Part shown: one piece after another, positions 11,600-24,715 of the stretch
Layout: each line of letters starts with the position of its first letter
How positions within the stretch are numbered: the first letter of the stretch is position 1
Source: Vairimorpha necatrix
Taxonomy: Eukaryota
Length of the DNA stretch: 64,000 nucleotides
Reading direction: 5' to 3'
Assembly: GCA_036630325.1 (NCBI GenBank)
Contig: CP142728.1
Coordinates: forward strand, 372,001-436,000
Notes under the pieces: generated by a model
Told to the model about the DNA's origin: nothing
What the model saw: only the letters and a program-made list of their open reading frames with translations
Database searches by the model: none
Position numbers and translations under genes: made by a program

Positions 11600-13560
11600 T
11601 TATTCCCTTGTTGAATTTTAATGTTCATATCTTCGTTGTAGATCCAAGATATGAACTTTAAAGTCTTTTTCAGCACAGTTAACTTAATATTTTGCTGAAG
11701 AAATGTAAAATTTCGGCACCCTGATGTACTTTCTTCAATATTTTGTCACATATCATTATAAGAGGATTATCACATCCCGTGCTTATTTTATGCATTTCGA
11801 TTCATTTACTTTAAGATAATTTTTATTTATATTTTATTTTCAACTATAGTAGGACAATTATTCCAACGTCAAATATAAAATTTTTAGATTTAGTTGTCAA
11901 ACACAAGAATATCAGACTTATTTTAAGATACTTTTATATTTGTAGATATCTTAGTATTTATTCATAATCTCCACGATCTTTTTTATGATCTATAGATCCA
12001 CGTGCTTGATATATTCTTTGGCTCTAAAAATCTCTATTTAATACATAGTAAGAAACAAATTCTTTAAATACTTTGTTATATCTTTTTATATAATCAAAAC
12101 CCAATATTTAATCAAGCTTGTTCGTCAAATCGACTAAGGTTTTCTTGTAAGATCCACTGGAGGCAGTATTTATTTTGTTTACACAATATTTTCTATATAA
12201 ATTGTTTAATTTGACAGTTTTATATAAAATTTTCTGATACTACAATTTTTTTAATAATTTTAACTTCTTTTCGTAAATCTCGGGCTTAATTTTTACTTTA
12301 AAGTCTAATTCTTAGGTTTTGTAAGAATATTATGGATCACCTTTCCTAAAAAGCACTAATTAATTCTCAAAAGGTTTTTTATATAACCATTTTAGATTTT
12401 CTTGCCACATCTACTTCGATTTCAATACTCGTCTACAATCTTTTTTTAGGCCATAAAATGATTTATAGGCAGATAAAGCGTGTTCTTTATCTTAAACTTA
12501 AAACGTACAAGACCTATTCATTCCAAACTTTACTATGTATAGCCTTTCTACGAGCTTTCCATATGTTTATTATGTACTTAATCGGTTTCTGCTGCACTCA
12601 AAAATGCCAATTTTTGAAATTTTTTGGCTTAAAATTTGGTACACTAAATGGAGGTTTATTACTGATAATGCGTATTCATTGATGCTCGCAATAATGCTTT
12701 ACCATGAAATTAATCTTTAGCAACCTTCAACTCCATGTAAATTTAGTTTTTTTTCCTAAAGTCACATTTTTGATATGACTTAAACCAACTTTAGCTGTTC
12801 CGTGATCTTTGTATTCGTAATGGCCTAATAGTAATACTGCATATTATGTTTAGTTCGTGGCACTTTGCCTCTGTTCATTTATAAATACAGGATAGAAGAA
12901 CTTTTGTTTTATCGTTAAAAGTTACAAGTTTATTATCTATGAAAAGTTTAAGATCGTTAATAAATAAAAAATTATATTTTACATAGACTTTATGAGTACA
13001 GATTTCTAAGTTGAAAAAAATTGACTTTTTTTTTCTTTTCTTAGGATATATACACAGCTTACACAAAGTGGGTTCGACAGTTACCTTGTACACAACCCCT
13101 TTTCAATCATCTTATCTAACATTGTCTCCGACCATGTTATATTCTCAACGTGGCATTAAGACAGTTTATTCTGAAATAAGTTAAAAATTATGTAAAAAAA
13201 TCTTGTTAATACATTTCAAGTGTTTAAGATCTACGGGGTTCGTAGGCCTTCTTGGCCCGACCCTTACAGTCTTAATTTGTCATGATTCTTAATGATGTTA
13301 TATTGATTAAAGCGCGCTCTTCGCTTTTTAGACTGGTCTTGCAGTCAATATCTGTTATTAGCAATCCTCTACTTTCTACATTATATGCATTATTTTAGTG
13401 TGGAATTTTGTTGTCAGCATAAAGATGTTTAACATACAGGTAACAAGTCTGAGGCCATTGCAATCAATAAACATTGTGATTTTAAGTTTAAAAATCCTTT
13501 AATAGAACCAAGCACCGGAATTATCATCCAGGTGGATTTTTTTTGAAAATGTTGTAAAGG
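11600..13560 (-). mobile_element. Decayed non-LTR retrotransposon (RT plus C-terminal restriction-like endonuclease, R4/Dong-like)
   Basis: Colinear minus-strand motifs across stops and frameshifts: NFLFINDLKLF (~12940-12975, RT YxDD-like), INEYALSVINLH (~12650-12685), VERLYI (~12540), LGFDYIKRYNKV (~12070-12104), NKSDILVFD (~11893-11922, PD motif) and VLKKTL (~11670). Ends are approximate. Confidence 0.75.
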
Positions 13561-15647
13561 AATGATGTATAGTTTTAAATTTTAATATAAAAATTGAATA
13601 CTATCTAATGATATTATTTTACAAATATTTATTAAAAAATATTTTGATTACTTCTCAAATTATAAATGTAATCTTGTTCCTCATTATCAAAGGGTATTTA
13701 AGTTGTTGGTTATAAAACTAATGAAGTTTAAGAACCGGTCTGTCTTATTTTATTGGTTAGATCGGGTTGAATTAATACTAGCGCAACGGCTGGAGCTTTA
13801 CTATTGTTATTTATTATCTTCTGAATTCCGAGTCAGACTGTAAAGTGAGAAATATTTTTTGTGAATAATTTACCCAGAAGTCGAAATTTTACTAAGAAGT
13901 TTATAGTTCATGTATTTTATATTCCTTAAGATATATATATATTTTGATTATAAATGGAGTATAAGAGATTATTACACTTGTAGTATGTCTTTATCTACTT
14001 AAATATGTCGAAAATATTCTCGATAACATCAGGAAAAAAGGATGAAAATATATTAAAACCTTAATACAATGTGTAAATGGTTAGTGGGAATTGTATTGCC
14101 CCGGGAAAATTGTCTTTTACTGTTCTTGGTTTAAATGAGGAATAAGACAGGATCTGTAGATTCAAATAGAGTTTTCGACAAAACTTTATATTCTTTTCTT
14201 CGTAAATCTATACATAATTATTTGCATATTCTGTGCTCATAAACTAAAAAATGTGTAAATAAAATCTAAACAAAAATTCTTATTGTAAGTATCCAGTGTC
14301 TTTAGGGCAAGAAAAAAATTACGAATAAATGAGAAAGAAAATAACAAACACTTAAAATGGGAGAATTAAGGAGGGACTTGGGCCGATGAAACAGGTATTG
14401 TGAAGAAAATTAGTCAAATATCCACCGGAAACTTATGACGCCGCTTAAGTTTGTTCGTGTTAGTTATAGCAATAAATGTACGAAGATTGAATATAAGAAT
14501 TGAATCAAATCTATAATGAAAAATTCTATAATTTTTCATTGAAATTAAATCGACATGTACAACTGATGACAAAAATTTTATCCAAAACGAGTCAAATTAA
14601 TCAACGATAACACTGCGTTATTTTTTATGTTAAAGGCTTTGCTCACAATTTGAAGAAAAAGCCAATTGAATTGAATGATTATATCATATCTTCAATATAA
14701 AAATCCAGAAAGGTGATTAATAGAAGTAAGACTATCCCTCATTTTTAAGGGAATAAATGGCGAAAAAGATATGCAATATATTCAAATATCAAAAGTGCCA
14801 AAGATTTTCATACAATAAACTGATTTTTTGTATTTGTTTCTCTATAAGGGCCCCTTTGGAGAAAAAACAAGTTTGGTTAAGATCGTTGCGCTCTAAATTT
14901 TTTAATTTGGTATTTTGAGTATTCTCCTTGGGACATTGAAGTTTCTTAGAAATTGCTTTATAGAGCTTAAAGTTTTTATCATAGCGTCAATATTCTGCCT
15001 CGGTCAACCATCTTTAGCTTTCTTTACCATATAGCTTTTCTATTATTAAAAAGTAATAGTCAAGGATCTATCTCGTTTTAAAAGATTAACATATTAAGTT
15101 CACTCAATATCTTTTTGAATTCATTTTAAAGACCTTCGAAAGCTCAAGCTTTTTCATAAGTTTCAATTTGTCTTTGAAAGTAGCCAACTTTTTAGTTGCC
15201 AAGGATTTACTCGCAATTTATGGTCCATTTTTCTATTTAGGGCTGTATCATTGTCATCTAGACATGTTACGGGGGAAAGATCTAGCGTTATTCTCTACTG
15301 TTTAAAATAGGGGATAGAGTTTCAAATATCATCCTCAGACCTAAAAGATTCTTTTTTCCTGTACACACATTCGATTTGGCTAAACTAAGTTTTTCTGACG
15401 ATTTTTTATAATATCTATTTATGATATTGAAACCCCTTTGGGGCCTTTTCTTCACTAGCTTCGGTACTCACAAATACTGCTTCTAAAGTTTTAGAAACTA
15501 GACATAAGCATACTTCTGTGTTCTGGACCCTATTCGGTTTTCTTTGTCCCTTGCTAAAAAAGAGAATTTGAAAAATTGTTATTTTTCGTTACCAATATTT
15601 TTTATGCTTTAATAAAAAACTAAGTTCTTTTATTTTTTACCGTTAAA

Positions 15648-15869
15648 ATGAAAAACTTGGCCGTTTTGAAAACTAAAATATTAGAAAATGAAGATTTAAC
15701 CTCAATACTTGAAATATGCCTAAATGATTTACTTGATAATCCAAATAAACAAAAACTTGCTGTTTTATTTCATTTGCTTCAAATGATACACCAAGAAAAT
15801 TTTTTAAAAATTAAAATTTTGAAAGTAATAAATTTAATAAGATTCCCTTTAAAATTCTCTACACAATAA
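15648..15869 (+). CDS. Possible small hypothetical protein
   Basis: ATG-initiated 73-aa amphipathic ORF ending 13 bp from the convergent LCB1 stop. No homology recognised. Confidence 0.3.
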   Translation: MKNLAVLKTKILENEDLTSILEICLNDLLDNPNKQKLAVLFHLLQMIHQENFLKIKILKVINLIRFPLKFSTQ

Positions 15870-15882
15870 AGTTTATTATTTT

Positions 15883-17142
15883 TTAATATTTTTCACATAT
15901 TTCTAATATTTTTATAGCTAACTTTTTTACATTTTTTTGTTCTAATTTTATTCCTATCATTAAAGTCGGCATTGGATTTAAATTTAGACCCACATAAATA
16001 TTTTGACCATGCAAATCTTCAATTATTTTATGAAAAATGGACAAATTCGCTTTTTTTGATTTTTCGCTTTTTAAGCGTATCAAAATTATTGGCGATTTTA
16101 TGTTTGAAATAATTTCGTATTTTTCAGATTTGAAATTTTTATGAAAAATCTTGATTTTTCTTCGAATACGAAGATAATCAAATTTCATGTCAAAAACAAG
16201 TCTATTGAAATTTGATAAGACCCCAGGTAAAGATGCAGAAAATACATAACTTGAACTATTTAGTCTTTGATAATCAGTAAGAAGTTTATCTCCGGTGAAA
16301 AATCCCCCACAGGATGAGAATCCATAAGAAAATGAGCCTATTCTTATTTCTATTAATTTTGATGGTACATTAAAATATCCGCATACACCTCTCATATCTA
16401 AAAAAGGAATACTTAATGATTCATCTAAAATAATTTTAAAGTTATATTTTTCTTTAAATTCTAATATTTTTTTCAAATTAATAATTTCCCCTTCATTTTT
16501 TGATAACCCTTCAATAATTACGAAATTATTTACTTTTTTATTAAAATATAATTTTAAGAGATTTTCTAATGTTTCTAAATTATCAAATTCGTAACATTTA
16601 GATTTTGATAAATTTATACCTCGAATTATTGCTTCATTTGCATTTTTAGGGTAGAAAATATAGTCACTTTTCGTAGAGAAACATGAAATGACACTGTGTA
16701 CACAAGTGTAAGAATTAGAATATAGAAGCGAATCTCCTGTCCCTAATATTTCTGATATTTTATCTTGTAATGATAAATGGCAATCTAGTGTACCATAAAA
16801 TGTAGGGGGTCCACATGTGCCTATACCATATGAATTTATTATTTCTTTAGATTCGTCCTTCAATAAATTTCCTATTTGGAAGCAGTCGTAGCTCGCCAAG
16901 TTTAAAAATTTTTTAGAATATTTTTTTTCTACTAGAAAATCCCCAGGAGGATTTTCTAGCAATTCTGAAGGTTTAAAATCTTTTATTAATTTCATCCTTA
17001 TTTTTTCAGGTAACTCGATTGTGGGTTTTTTTACTTTGTGTCTGAATCTTATGATCACATAAATTAAAAAAAGTTCCAGAATAAACTTAGTAGTCTCTAC
17101 TGGATCACCAAAGACTCTCTTTAGAAATATTTCTATGATCAT
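15883..17142 (-). CDS. LCB1: Serine palmitoyltransferase subunit 1
   Basis: N-terminal TM helix, LNLASYD, YGIGTCGPPTFYGTLDCHL, DES, GGF and YVFSASLP motifs. It lacks the PLP-binding Lys (GSFSYG), as expected for LCB1. Confidence 0.88.
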   Translation of the reverse strand: MIIEIFLKRVFGDPVETTKFILELFLIYVIIRFRHKVKKPTIELPEKIRMKLIKDFKPSELLENPPGDFLVEKKYSKKFLNLASYDCFQIGNLLKDESKEIINSYGIGTCGPPTFYGTLDCHLSLQDKISEILGTGDSLLYSNSYTCVHSVISCFSTKSDYIFYPKNANEAIIRGINLSKSKCYEFDNLETLENLLKLYFNKKVNNFVIIEGLSKNEGEIINLKKILEFKEKYNFKIILDESLSIPFLDMRGVCGYFNVPSKLIEIRIGSFSYGFSSCGGFFTGDKLLTDYQRLNSSSYVFSASLPGVLSNFNRLVFDMKFDYLRIRRKIKIFHKNFKSEKYEIISNIKSPIILIRLKSEKSKKANLSIFHKIIEDLHGQNIYVGLNLNPMPTLMIGIKLEQKNVKKLAIKILEICEKY

Positions 17143-17554
17143 TTCAGGGCCTTATTTAAAAATTATTAAATAATTTAAGTTTGTTTTATTGAGTCATGAA
17201 TATGTCAAATTTTAATCACAAAAAAAAAGTATAAAAGCTTAATTTCCTATAGATCAAAATTTTCAGCATGACTTGTACATTGACATTTTGACGCCATGCC
17301 TCAAAATGTGTGGATGACTTAGACACATTTTAGAACTAAAATATGATATGAATTTGCTTATATTTTTTTTTGAATTTGCAACATCTTTTTATTTTATTCT
17401 ATAGTTTCTTAACTTTATTTCTATACTAACCTAGCGTCTTTATAATTTTTTATCCTGTTTAACTTATAAATAAATTAACAAATATGTGTTATGTCTCGAT
17501 TTGACTTTAATATAAAATTACAAATGCTATATTTACAAGAAACTTGCACTCTAT

Positions 17555-18318
17555 TTTTTGCAAGTAAAATATAGGGCGAGCCCTCGCATAGAGAACAAAG
17601 AAATTCGGATGTCTCCTTTATCCAACTAACACTTTGTGATTATTATTTACATAAAATACCTTCATATAACTTGCCTGTTAACAAGTTCGCCGTATCCATC
17701 GGACTTTGGCTCCAGGAGAACACTTTCCATTTTTACCTCAAATCGCGTTTAGAGTGACCTCAAAGCGAATATATTAAACGAGCATCGCCATCTATGGCCC
17801 GTGTAGAAACATAATCGTACTAATTCAAAGGACCAACGATCATCCTTATCGCTCACATGGCTCATTATACCGCCAAATCACCAGCTCGGCGTTTTTATTG
17901 GGCTGCGTTGACACCAGTATATACCTAATTTCGACTACCATATTACGAAATCTTGTAGGATAGGGAACACGAGACCTATTATTGCTCTACTCCATCTATC
18001 CTCTTAGACGCTTTAGGATAATACACTTGTGTGCACTAGTCATGGGCTTCATTTTGGCTGTTAACAGGTACTTTTATGTATCATTAAGTCCCCACAAGGG
18101 TATACTGTTTTTCGGCCTTAAGGTGCGTTTCTACACTGATTTCTAATCCCATCGTGGCTGGACACACATAAGTTTCATCAAATCAACGTAACGACAATCG
18201 ACATTTTAATCCTCTGTGTTGTTCCAGACGCAAAAAAGAATAACTTTTGATGCTTTTGAACTCGAAATTAGACAAGCTAAATCGGAGTTATGTCTTCTAC
18301 TACAGAGCTGGGATCTCT
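17555..18318 (-). mobile_element. SINE family copy, near full length, degenerate head
   Basis: Long near-identical blocks shared with 44986-45776: GCCGTATCCAT.GGACTTTGGCTCCAGGAGAACACTTTCCATTT, TTTTATTGGGCTGCGTTGAC, TTATGTATCATTAAGTC and AGGTGCGTTTCTACACT. Confidence 0.88.
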
Positions 18319-20589
18319 AAAAAATACATCCTGTAGGTATTTACTGTTATACAAGGTTTTTTATATAATTTTAAGCACAAACGAAATATTAAATAGATTT
18401 TTTTTAACATCATACATTCAATATTTACCTAAATTAGACGATATATTTTCAGGTATGGCTTGTAGGAGAATATGCCCGCTACTGCTAGTTGAACTTTAAA
18501 GAAGCGCTTTACCACAAAATATACAAGTTTTTAGCTAAGAACATTGAAGTAATTATTATAACTCTTTTTCATAATTGGCCATGGGAACAAACAGGCTGGA
18601 CCGAGAAAATTTATTGCTCTAATATGATAGATATACATACTGTAAACATGATAAACAAATTTCTAATCAAATAAAAAAAAGCCAGGACTCATTTGGATAG
18701 GAAGCGTAAACAAACAACGAGTACATTTTATATTAAAAAACAAGTCGAGGTGTTATGCTTTTCAAATTATAACCAAGAATAATTAGTTATAAAATGCTTA
18801 AAATATACAATAACAATCAGTTTAGGAGATCATGGAAAACGATCAAGCTATGAAAGAGTGCATCACAATATCGACAAAAAATAAATAAACCCGAGATAGG
18901 CACGAAATCTTCTATTTCATTCCAAAAAAGTAAATACTCAAGGTGAAGATTGATGTAAGCTACCAGGTTCGACTACTCATTGTCGAAAATAAAAGCATTG
19001 ACACATGATATATAATTTTTTATTAAGCTATTGAGTTTATTTTCTTCAATTTAACTCCACTGCCGCGCATTCTATCTGGTCGCACCATCTTCTAGCCGGA
19101 TCTACTATGTTCTCGGTTCCAGATTCTTCCTCGGCATGTCTCTGCCGGCGGTAAAGGAGTTGCTCTCTAGTGTCTCCTTTATACTTCTCATTTGTATATA
19201 AGATTCGGTACTAGTCGATACCGAAAACATTAATATAATTGCTGTGGTATTTTGTTACAATTCAGTTCCATGTCATGACGTATGGTATTATTTGAACTTT
19301 ACATTTGTACATTAGGTCCAATTCATTTGCTAAGACATCGTACTTTCCGTGAATAATCCCGGGAAGTTGTTTCTATTACGATTAGTATCATTTACTTTTC
19401 CATGTCCAGTACAAATATATCAGGCTTTTTTAGTGTCTAAGTCATATACATTATCTAAGCTTAATCTTTAAAATATATATATATATTGGCGTTACATACG
19501 AATAAATAATTTTTGATATGAACTTATTTTAAACTTGAGTAAAGCTACCATTTTAGCGATATAGAAACAAATAAAGGCTTGTAATCATTTTAATCTATTA
19601 TATAGAAACACTTTTATTCCTTTAAAGAATGTGGTATTGTGAAACTAATACAATAAAAATTTTAATATTCTTTATAGCAGTTACAAAAACAATTAAACTT
19701 AAACTAGATCTACTGATTAAATTGGTTTAAATTTTAAATTTGTTTTGATAATTTTTCCTGAAGTACTTAGAGTATTTTTCATTATTTATACGATACAGTT
19801 TGGTATAATTCCCTTTAAAATTGAACAACATTGTGGATAACAACATATTATATGTTAAGATGGACAAAAATTATTTTGTACAGTCATTTCAGGTCAATTC
19901 AAATGATATTTCTGGAAAATAAATATACTGTAAAGAAATAGAAATAATCTTTTGCAAGTGCAAAGTGAAAGAGAAAATAAATGAGCACTTCCAAGATTTT
20001 AAAATTTTCATTTTTTTAAATTCTAGGATGATATCTTAGAAAATAATAGCAGTTAATTAATAAGGCTACTTTTAAAAATATTAATTGATCCAAAAAATAT
20101 TTCAAAGACATCTCCTAATAAGAAATTTTAAGGTAAATATCTCTCAAAGTATTTTTCATTAATGATTTAATTAAAATATAAAGTAATAGACTTTTAAAAA
20201 ACAGGTTAAAATAAAACTTTCCTTTTTTAAAAACTTTTATGTCAGACATTTGTTTTTATTTTTACAAATAATTAGTAAAATAAATTATAAATTAAATTTT
20301 CTAGGTTAAAGTCAAAAAATCCACAATGAAGATAGAATAAATTTGGAAAATCTGATTATAATAAATTTATAATAATTTGATAAGGCAATTCTGTAAATTA
20401 AATTTTTAAGAAAATATATCACTATGAGTTTTTTATAGAGCGCAAATAAAGAATTGATTTTTTCGTAGTATGATTAATTTGTTACGAAGAATTAAATGTA
20501 TACAAAAATTGTTTGTCGACAAACAAATTCTCAACTATAAAATCAATAAAATTTATATATTATAAATTTTATTGCCCACTTTATTAAAT

Positions 20590-21411
20590 ATGACGAGGAG
20601 TAAGACTAAAGAAGAAAAGAAACAGTTAAAAGTGCTGTTTTTGTCTTATAATTCCATCTTGGATAATCATAAGATAACTCAGTTATCTTATGATATTTTA
20701 AGTAAGGAATGTGATTTTGATCAAAATGATCTGCACAATTTCTTGGAAGCAGCAATAAGTTCATATAATGATATTCCCTATCATAATGCTACCCATGGGT
20801 TCAATGCATTGTATAATGGGAATATCTTATTAGAACTTATTGATAGACCAAAAATTGGACGAAAAGTTAGGTTTATCTTTTTGATTTGCTGCCTATTGCA
20901 TGACATAGGCCACCCAGGTTCTGATTTGCCTGGGCATAATAAATTCGACTTAGAAAATCTCCATGTAGAATTTATTAAAAAATTACTGTCTGAATTTTTA
21001 CCTGGGTATTTGACAGATGAAAATATAAATTTGATAAGTGAATTAATCTTATCTACCAATTTAATTTCACATAATGACGTCCTTAACTCTTTTAGAAATA
21101 AGTATTTAGGTCGAAATATCAATAGCGCCAGTGAATTGAATATTATTGATTATAAAATGTTGATAAAAATAGCAGATATCGGTGCATCTTATAAAAAGTT
21201 TGATGATTTTATGTGTGGAAGCAGAAAGCTTGAGAAAGAACTCCGCGGCTCAAGTATAGAAAGCGCTAATAAAAAAGTAGAAGAAGATGAATTTTTTCTC
21301 TTAAATTATTCCATACCACTAGCAGAAGTGTTTTGTGAAGTTTTTATAGATTTTAAATTTTTATATGAAAATGCTATTGATAATTTGAGAAAATTGAAAA
21401 ATTTGAAATGA
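20590..21411 (+). CDS. Class I cyclic-nucleotide phosphodiesterase (catalytic domain only)
   Basis: YNDIPYHNATHG, LLHDIGHPG, LENLH, ILST and IKIADI motifs. The first ATG is at 20590. Confidence 0.88.
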   Translation: MTRSKTKEEKKQLKVLFLSYNSILDNHKITQLSYDILSKECDFDQNDLHNFLEAAISSYNDIPYHNATHGFNALYNGNILLELIDRPKIGRKVRFIFLICCLLHDIGHPGSDLPGHNKFDLENLHVEFIKKLLSEFLPGYLTDENINLISELILSTNLISHNDVLNSFRNKYLGRNINSASELNIIDYKMLIKIADIGASYKKFDDFMCGSRKLEKELRGSSIESANKKVEEDEFFLLNYSIPLAEVFCEVFIDFKFLYENAIDNLRKLKNLK

Positions 21412-21549
21412 AAGATCTTAATTTTTAAAAATAAAAGTTTATGCCATGAAAATTATTTTATTTATACGAAATTAATTTTTTTTAAATCATGCATGAGCAT
21501 AAAATTGTACATGGTTAAAAATATATGATATGGATAATTGAGATGTCTG

Positions 21550-22255
21550 TGGCCGAAGCCGGAGCAACGCTATTGGAATGTCTGAATTATAATACAGGGA
21601 CACCAAAGTTACTACCTTCTATGATGCAGTTGGAACAACTCAGATGATTAAAATGTCTACGATAATTATTAAGTTAGAACGATGAAACTTTTGTACGTAC
21701 AGCTATAAGAGACTTATATTTAGAACGATAGCAATTTTAATAAAATATTATACTTAAACATATTGTAGGTACGTTTTAAGAAAGCTTAGGCTTGTTGACT
21801 GTGGCAATCCAAATTCACTAACTAGACGGAGTGGAGCTTAAGTTTTCTCGTGGCCCTATACTACAGAATTCTGTAACATGGTGGCCGAAACTTACGGGAT
21901 ATAAAGAGTCAACATAGTCCCATTGAATGAAGAGCTAATGATGTGGCAGTGTAAGAGGCTGTGAGCGTTAAACAAAAATTGTAAGGGCCTTTAAGCTAAT
22001 ACAATGATGCCTCTCCTGGGTTATTAAACTATACTCGTTAGGTATAATCACTGTAAAGTCATTTGGATGCGTTTAGGGGATAGATGAACAAATATCACAG
22101 TAGAGCCAAAGTCCGATGATTTCGGCCGTGCTTTCTGCGCCGAAAAGTTATAGGAGGAAGTTTTAGTGAGTTGAATCCTAAAGTACCAGTTAAACTAGGA
22201 TCCTGAATTCTCTGGTTCCTATTCAAGAGTTCCCCAGCTTCTTATTTGCAAGGAA
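21550..22255 (+). mobile_element. SINE family copy, degenerate
   Basis: TTCTATGATGCAGTTGGAACAACTCAGATGAT, ATTCTGTAACATGGTGGCCGAAACT, GAGCCAAAGTCCGATGA and the terminal CTTATTTGCAAG match the reverse complement of 44986-45776. Confidence 0.82.
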
Positions 22256-22508
22256 GTATAACAGAGATAATTGAATTTAAAATTCTAATTTTTGGTTCTT
22301 TTAAATGTTGTCAACTTTACTAAGAAGTATAAGCTTGTATAAAGGCAACCCGTTTTAGGGCACATCGCTTAAGTACAATAAGCTTGTTACAGGCTCCCAC
22401 TTTTAGGCCCTAATATTCTCTAAACCCTTTCAGAACTCTTGGACAATGTTTCTATGAGTATTCTTAAGCGTTTCTAATATTAAATTAATTTTAATTTAAA
22501 TTAAAGTT

Positions 22509-23909
22509 TTATTTTTTTAAAATATATTCATTTGTATAAATTACACCACAAATCAGAGTTATCAATAACACCCAAAACATCATCCCAAACCTGCTCCCTC
22601 TTTTCTTATAAAATATTTTCATTTTCCCACTCTCATACATTTTCAATATCTTCCCCGCTTCTTCACTAAACGTCTTCTTTTTTAATATTATCTTTTTATG
22701 ATACCATATCTTTTCATAAGGATTATACACTACAATAGTAGGTATCTCAATATTTGGTAACAATGATTGTGTAAATAAAACATATTCATTCAAGTTTATA
22801 CTAGCAAATACCATTTTCACAAATGGCATGCCTGCATGTACATTTTTCGCAAATTTCTCGTATTCATCAATTAAATAATCGTCATAAGTCAGAAGTAAGA
22901 AACTTGGTTTTAATCCATTGAACACGCTGTGGAATGTCGAGTCATTGATTTTCACTACATTTGGAAAATGTGAATGGAAAATCCATTCTAAAACATTTTT
23001 ATCATTAAAAATGTCTTGATCGTAAAAATGAAATTTACCATTTTTGTAGAGTGCCAAACTTACTTCACTAAAATATTTTGGATTTAGTTTGTCGAATAAA
23101 ATGTGGTCATTTGTTTTGTACATTTCAAGTTTAAACTTGAAATTATGAGCATATTTTGAAAATAATATGTCGGCAGTTTTCTCGTTTTTGTATAAAACTA
23201 TATAAAATTGAGTATTGGTATTTATCTTTTGTAGTAGTTGGTCGTAATTTATATTTGGAAATGGATGACTCATTAATTTATTAGAGAAATTTACTAAATT
23301 TTCGAAGTTTAAAATTTCCAAGAATGGAGATGAGAGATCTTCATAGATCCCGAATATCACAGGGAATATTCTGATATTGTACCTGCCTATAATGTTTTTA
23401 GATTCCTTTTCGTTTATTTTTCCTATTTTTAGTTTATTTTTAAAATGGCCTGCTACTTTTATAAGTAAAGAGTCTATTTCTTCAGAAGGCTTGTCATAAA
23501 AATGAATCAGCCACGGTCCATCAAATGAACTGTAGAAATCTATTTCCTTTAATTCTACTATACCTACAATATTATCTCTATTTATATTTTGATCAGGGTT
23601 TATATTTTTATTTACAAATTGTACTAGCTTTTGATGCTCTAAATGTCCTGTTAATGAATCGATTTCTTTATGATCTTTATAAATCTTAAATGTAGGAAAT
23701 CCTTCTAATTCGGGACATGTACACTTTGAACAATTAATCTTCTGTATTTTAGTATCAAATTTATTCTTTTCTAGATATTCATCTAGAAGATGAATATCTT
23801 CATCTACGAAATTATTGTAATATTCTAAGAAAACAGTGCCTTCACTATAAATAGAACAAGTATTCTCTATTTTGGAGAATATAAAAGAGCAGATTAGTAG
23901 GAATATCAT
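22509..23909 (-). CDS. Multi-thioredoxin-domain (PDI-like) membrane protein
   Basis: Signal peptide, thioredoxin-type segments (INCSKC...GFPTFKIYK, WLIHFY, YNIRIFPVI), C-terminal TM helix and terminal KK. No canonical CGHC. Confidence 0.65.
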   Translation of the reverse strand: MIFLLICSFIFSKIENTCSIYSEGTVFLEYYNNFVDEDIHLLDEYLEKNKFDTKIQKINCSKCTCPELEGFPTFKIYKDHKEIDSLTGHLEHQKLVQFVNKNINPDQNINRDNIVGIVELKEIDFYSSFDGPWLIHFYDKPSEEIDSLLIKVAGHFKNKLKIGKINEKESKNIIGRYNIRIFPVIFGIYEDLSSPFLEILNFENLVNFSNKLMSHPFPNINYDQLLQKINTNTQFYIVLYKNEKTADILFSKYAHNFKFKLEMYKTNDHILFDKLNPKYFSEVSLALYKNGKFHFYDQDIFNDKNVLEWIFHSHFPNVVKINDSTFHSVFNGLKPSFLLLTYDDYLIDEYEKFAKNVHAGMPFVKMVFASINLNEYVLFTQSLLPNIEIPTIVVYNPYEKIWYHKKIILKKKTFSEEAGKILKMYESGKMKIFYKKRGSRFGMMFWVLLITLICGVIYTNEYILKK

Positions 23910-24127
23910 ATTGTTTATTATAAGATGAAAAATTTAAAAACGTGTTTTAAATCAACAAACTTGAAACAAATTTATTCGAAATACAAAATGTCGCACATTT
24001 ATTAACTTTGACATATAAGAAATACGTATTCTTTATATATTGATTTATTCAAATTTGAGATTAATATTGTAGTTCTTGCTTTTTGCTTATAGTGGAATTA
24101 CTAAAATACAAGCTTGTTTATAGCACT

Positions 24128-24715
24128 GTTTTTTGCAAGTGTATGGTAGTTGAGATCTTACATTATAGAAGTATCTAGTGCAAACCTTGTCTATTGATGC
24201 TGTGGAATTTTTAAACAACCCCTTTTTATACAACTTTTTGGCGCAGCAAGCTTCGTCGTACCCATTGTTTTTTTTTCTCCAGATGATTTCCATTTATACC
24301 TCAAATCGAGCTTATAGTGACCTCACGGCAGATATACTAAACGGGCGTGGATTTTTATAAATCAAACAGACATCATCGTACTATCTCAAAGGTCCCTACA
24401 ATCATCTGTATTGCACAAACTGCTACATTCCAGGCCTTTTTATTGGACTGCGTTGACAACTTATCTCTCACCAATTTAAGCCACCGTGTTACAGAATCTT
24501 TAAGATTATAGTAAACGCGTCTTTTTATTGCCCTACTTCGTCTAGTTACTTTAAGAAAGATCCATTTAGAGTGCGCAAGTCATAAACACTGACTAACAGC
24601 TACTCTTATGTATCATTAAGTCACCACAAAATAAAATTGTTTTTCGGCCTTAAGGTGCGTTTCTGCACTAGATCCCTCTTATAGTTGTACTTACACAAGT
24701 TTCATCAAATAAATA
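24128..24715 (-). mobile_element. SINE family copy, 5'-truncated
   Basis: Starts with a T-run plus GCAAG tail and shares AGACATCATCGTACT, AAAGGTCCCTACAATCATC, GCCACCGTGTTACAGAATC and GGCCTTAAGGTGCGTTTCT. It stops before the tRNA head. Possible TSD CACTGT (24124-24129 / 24716-24721). Confidence 0.85.

Noticed and set aside
14280..15570. Coding-like decayed sequence
   Set aside because: No motif could be assigned. It may belong to the adjacent LINE relic, but this is unsupported.
22329..22410. Two ~49-bp-period units ATAAGCTTGT...TTTTAGG.C
   Set aside because: Only two diverged copies, with no further structure or context.
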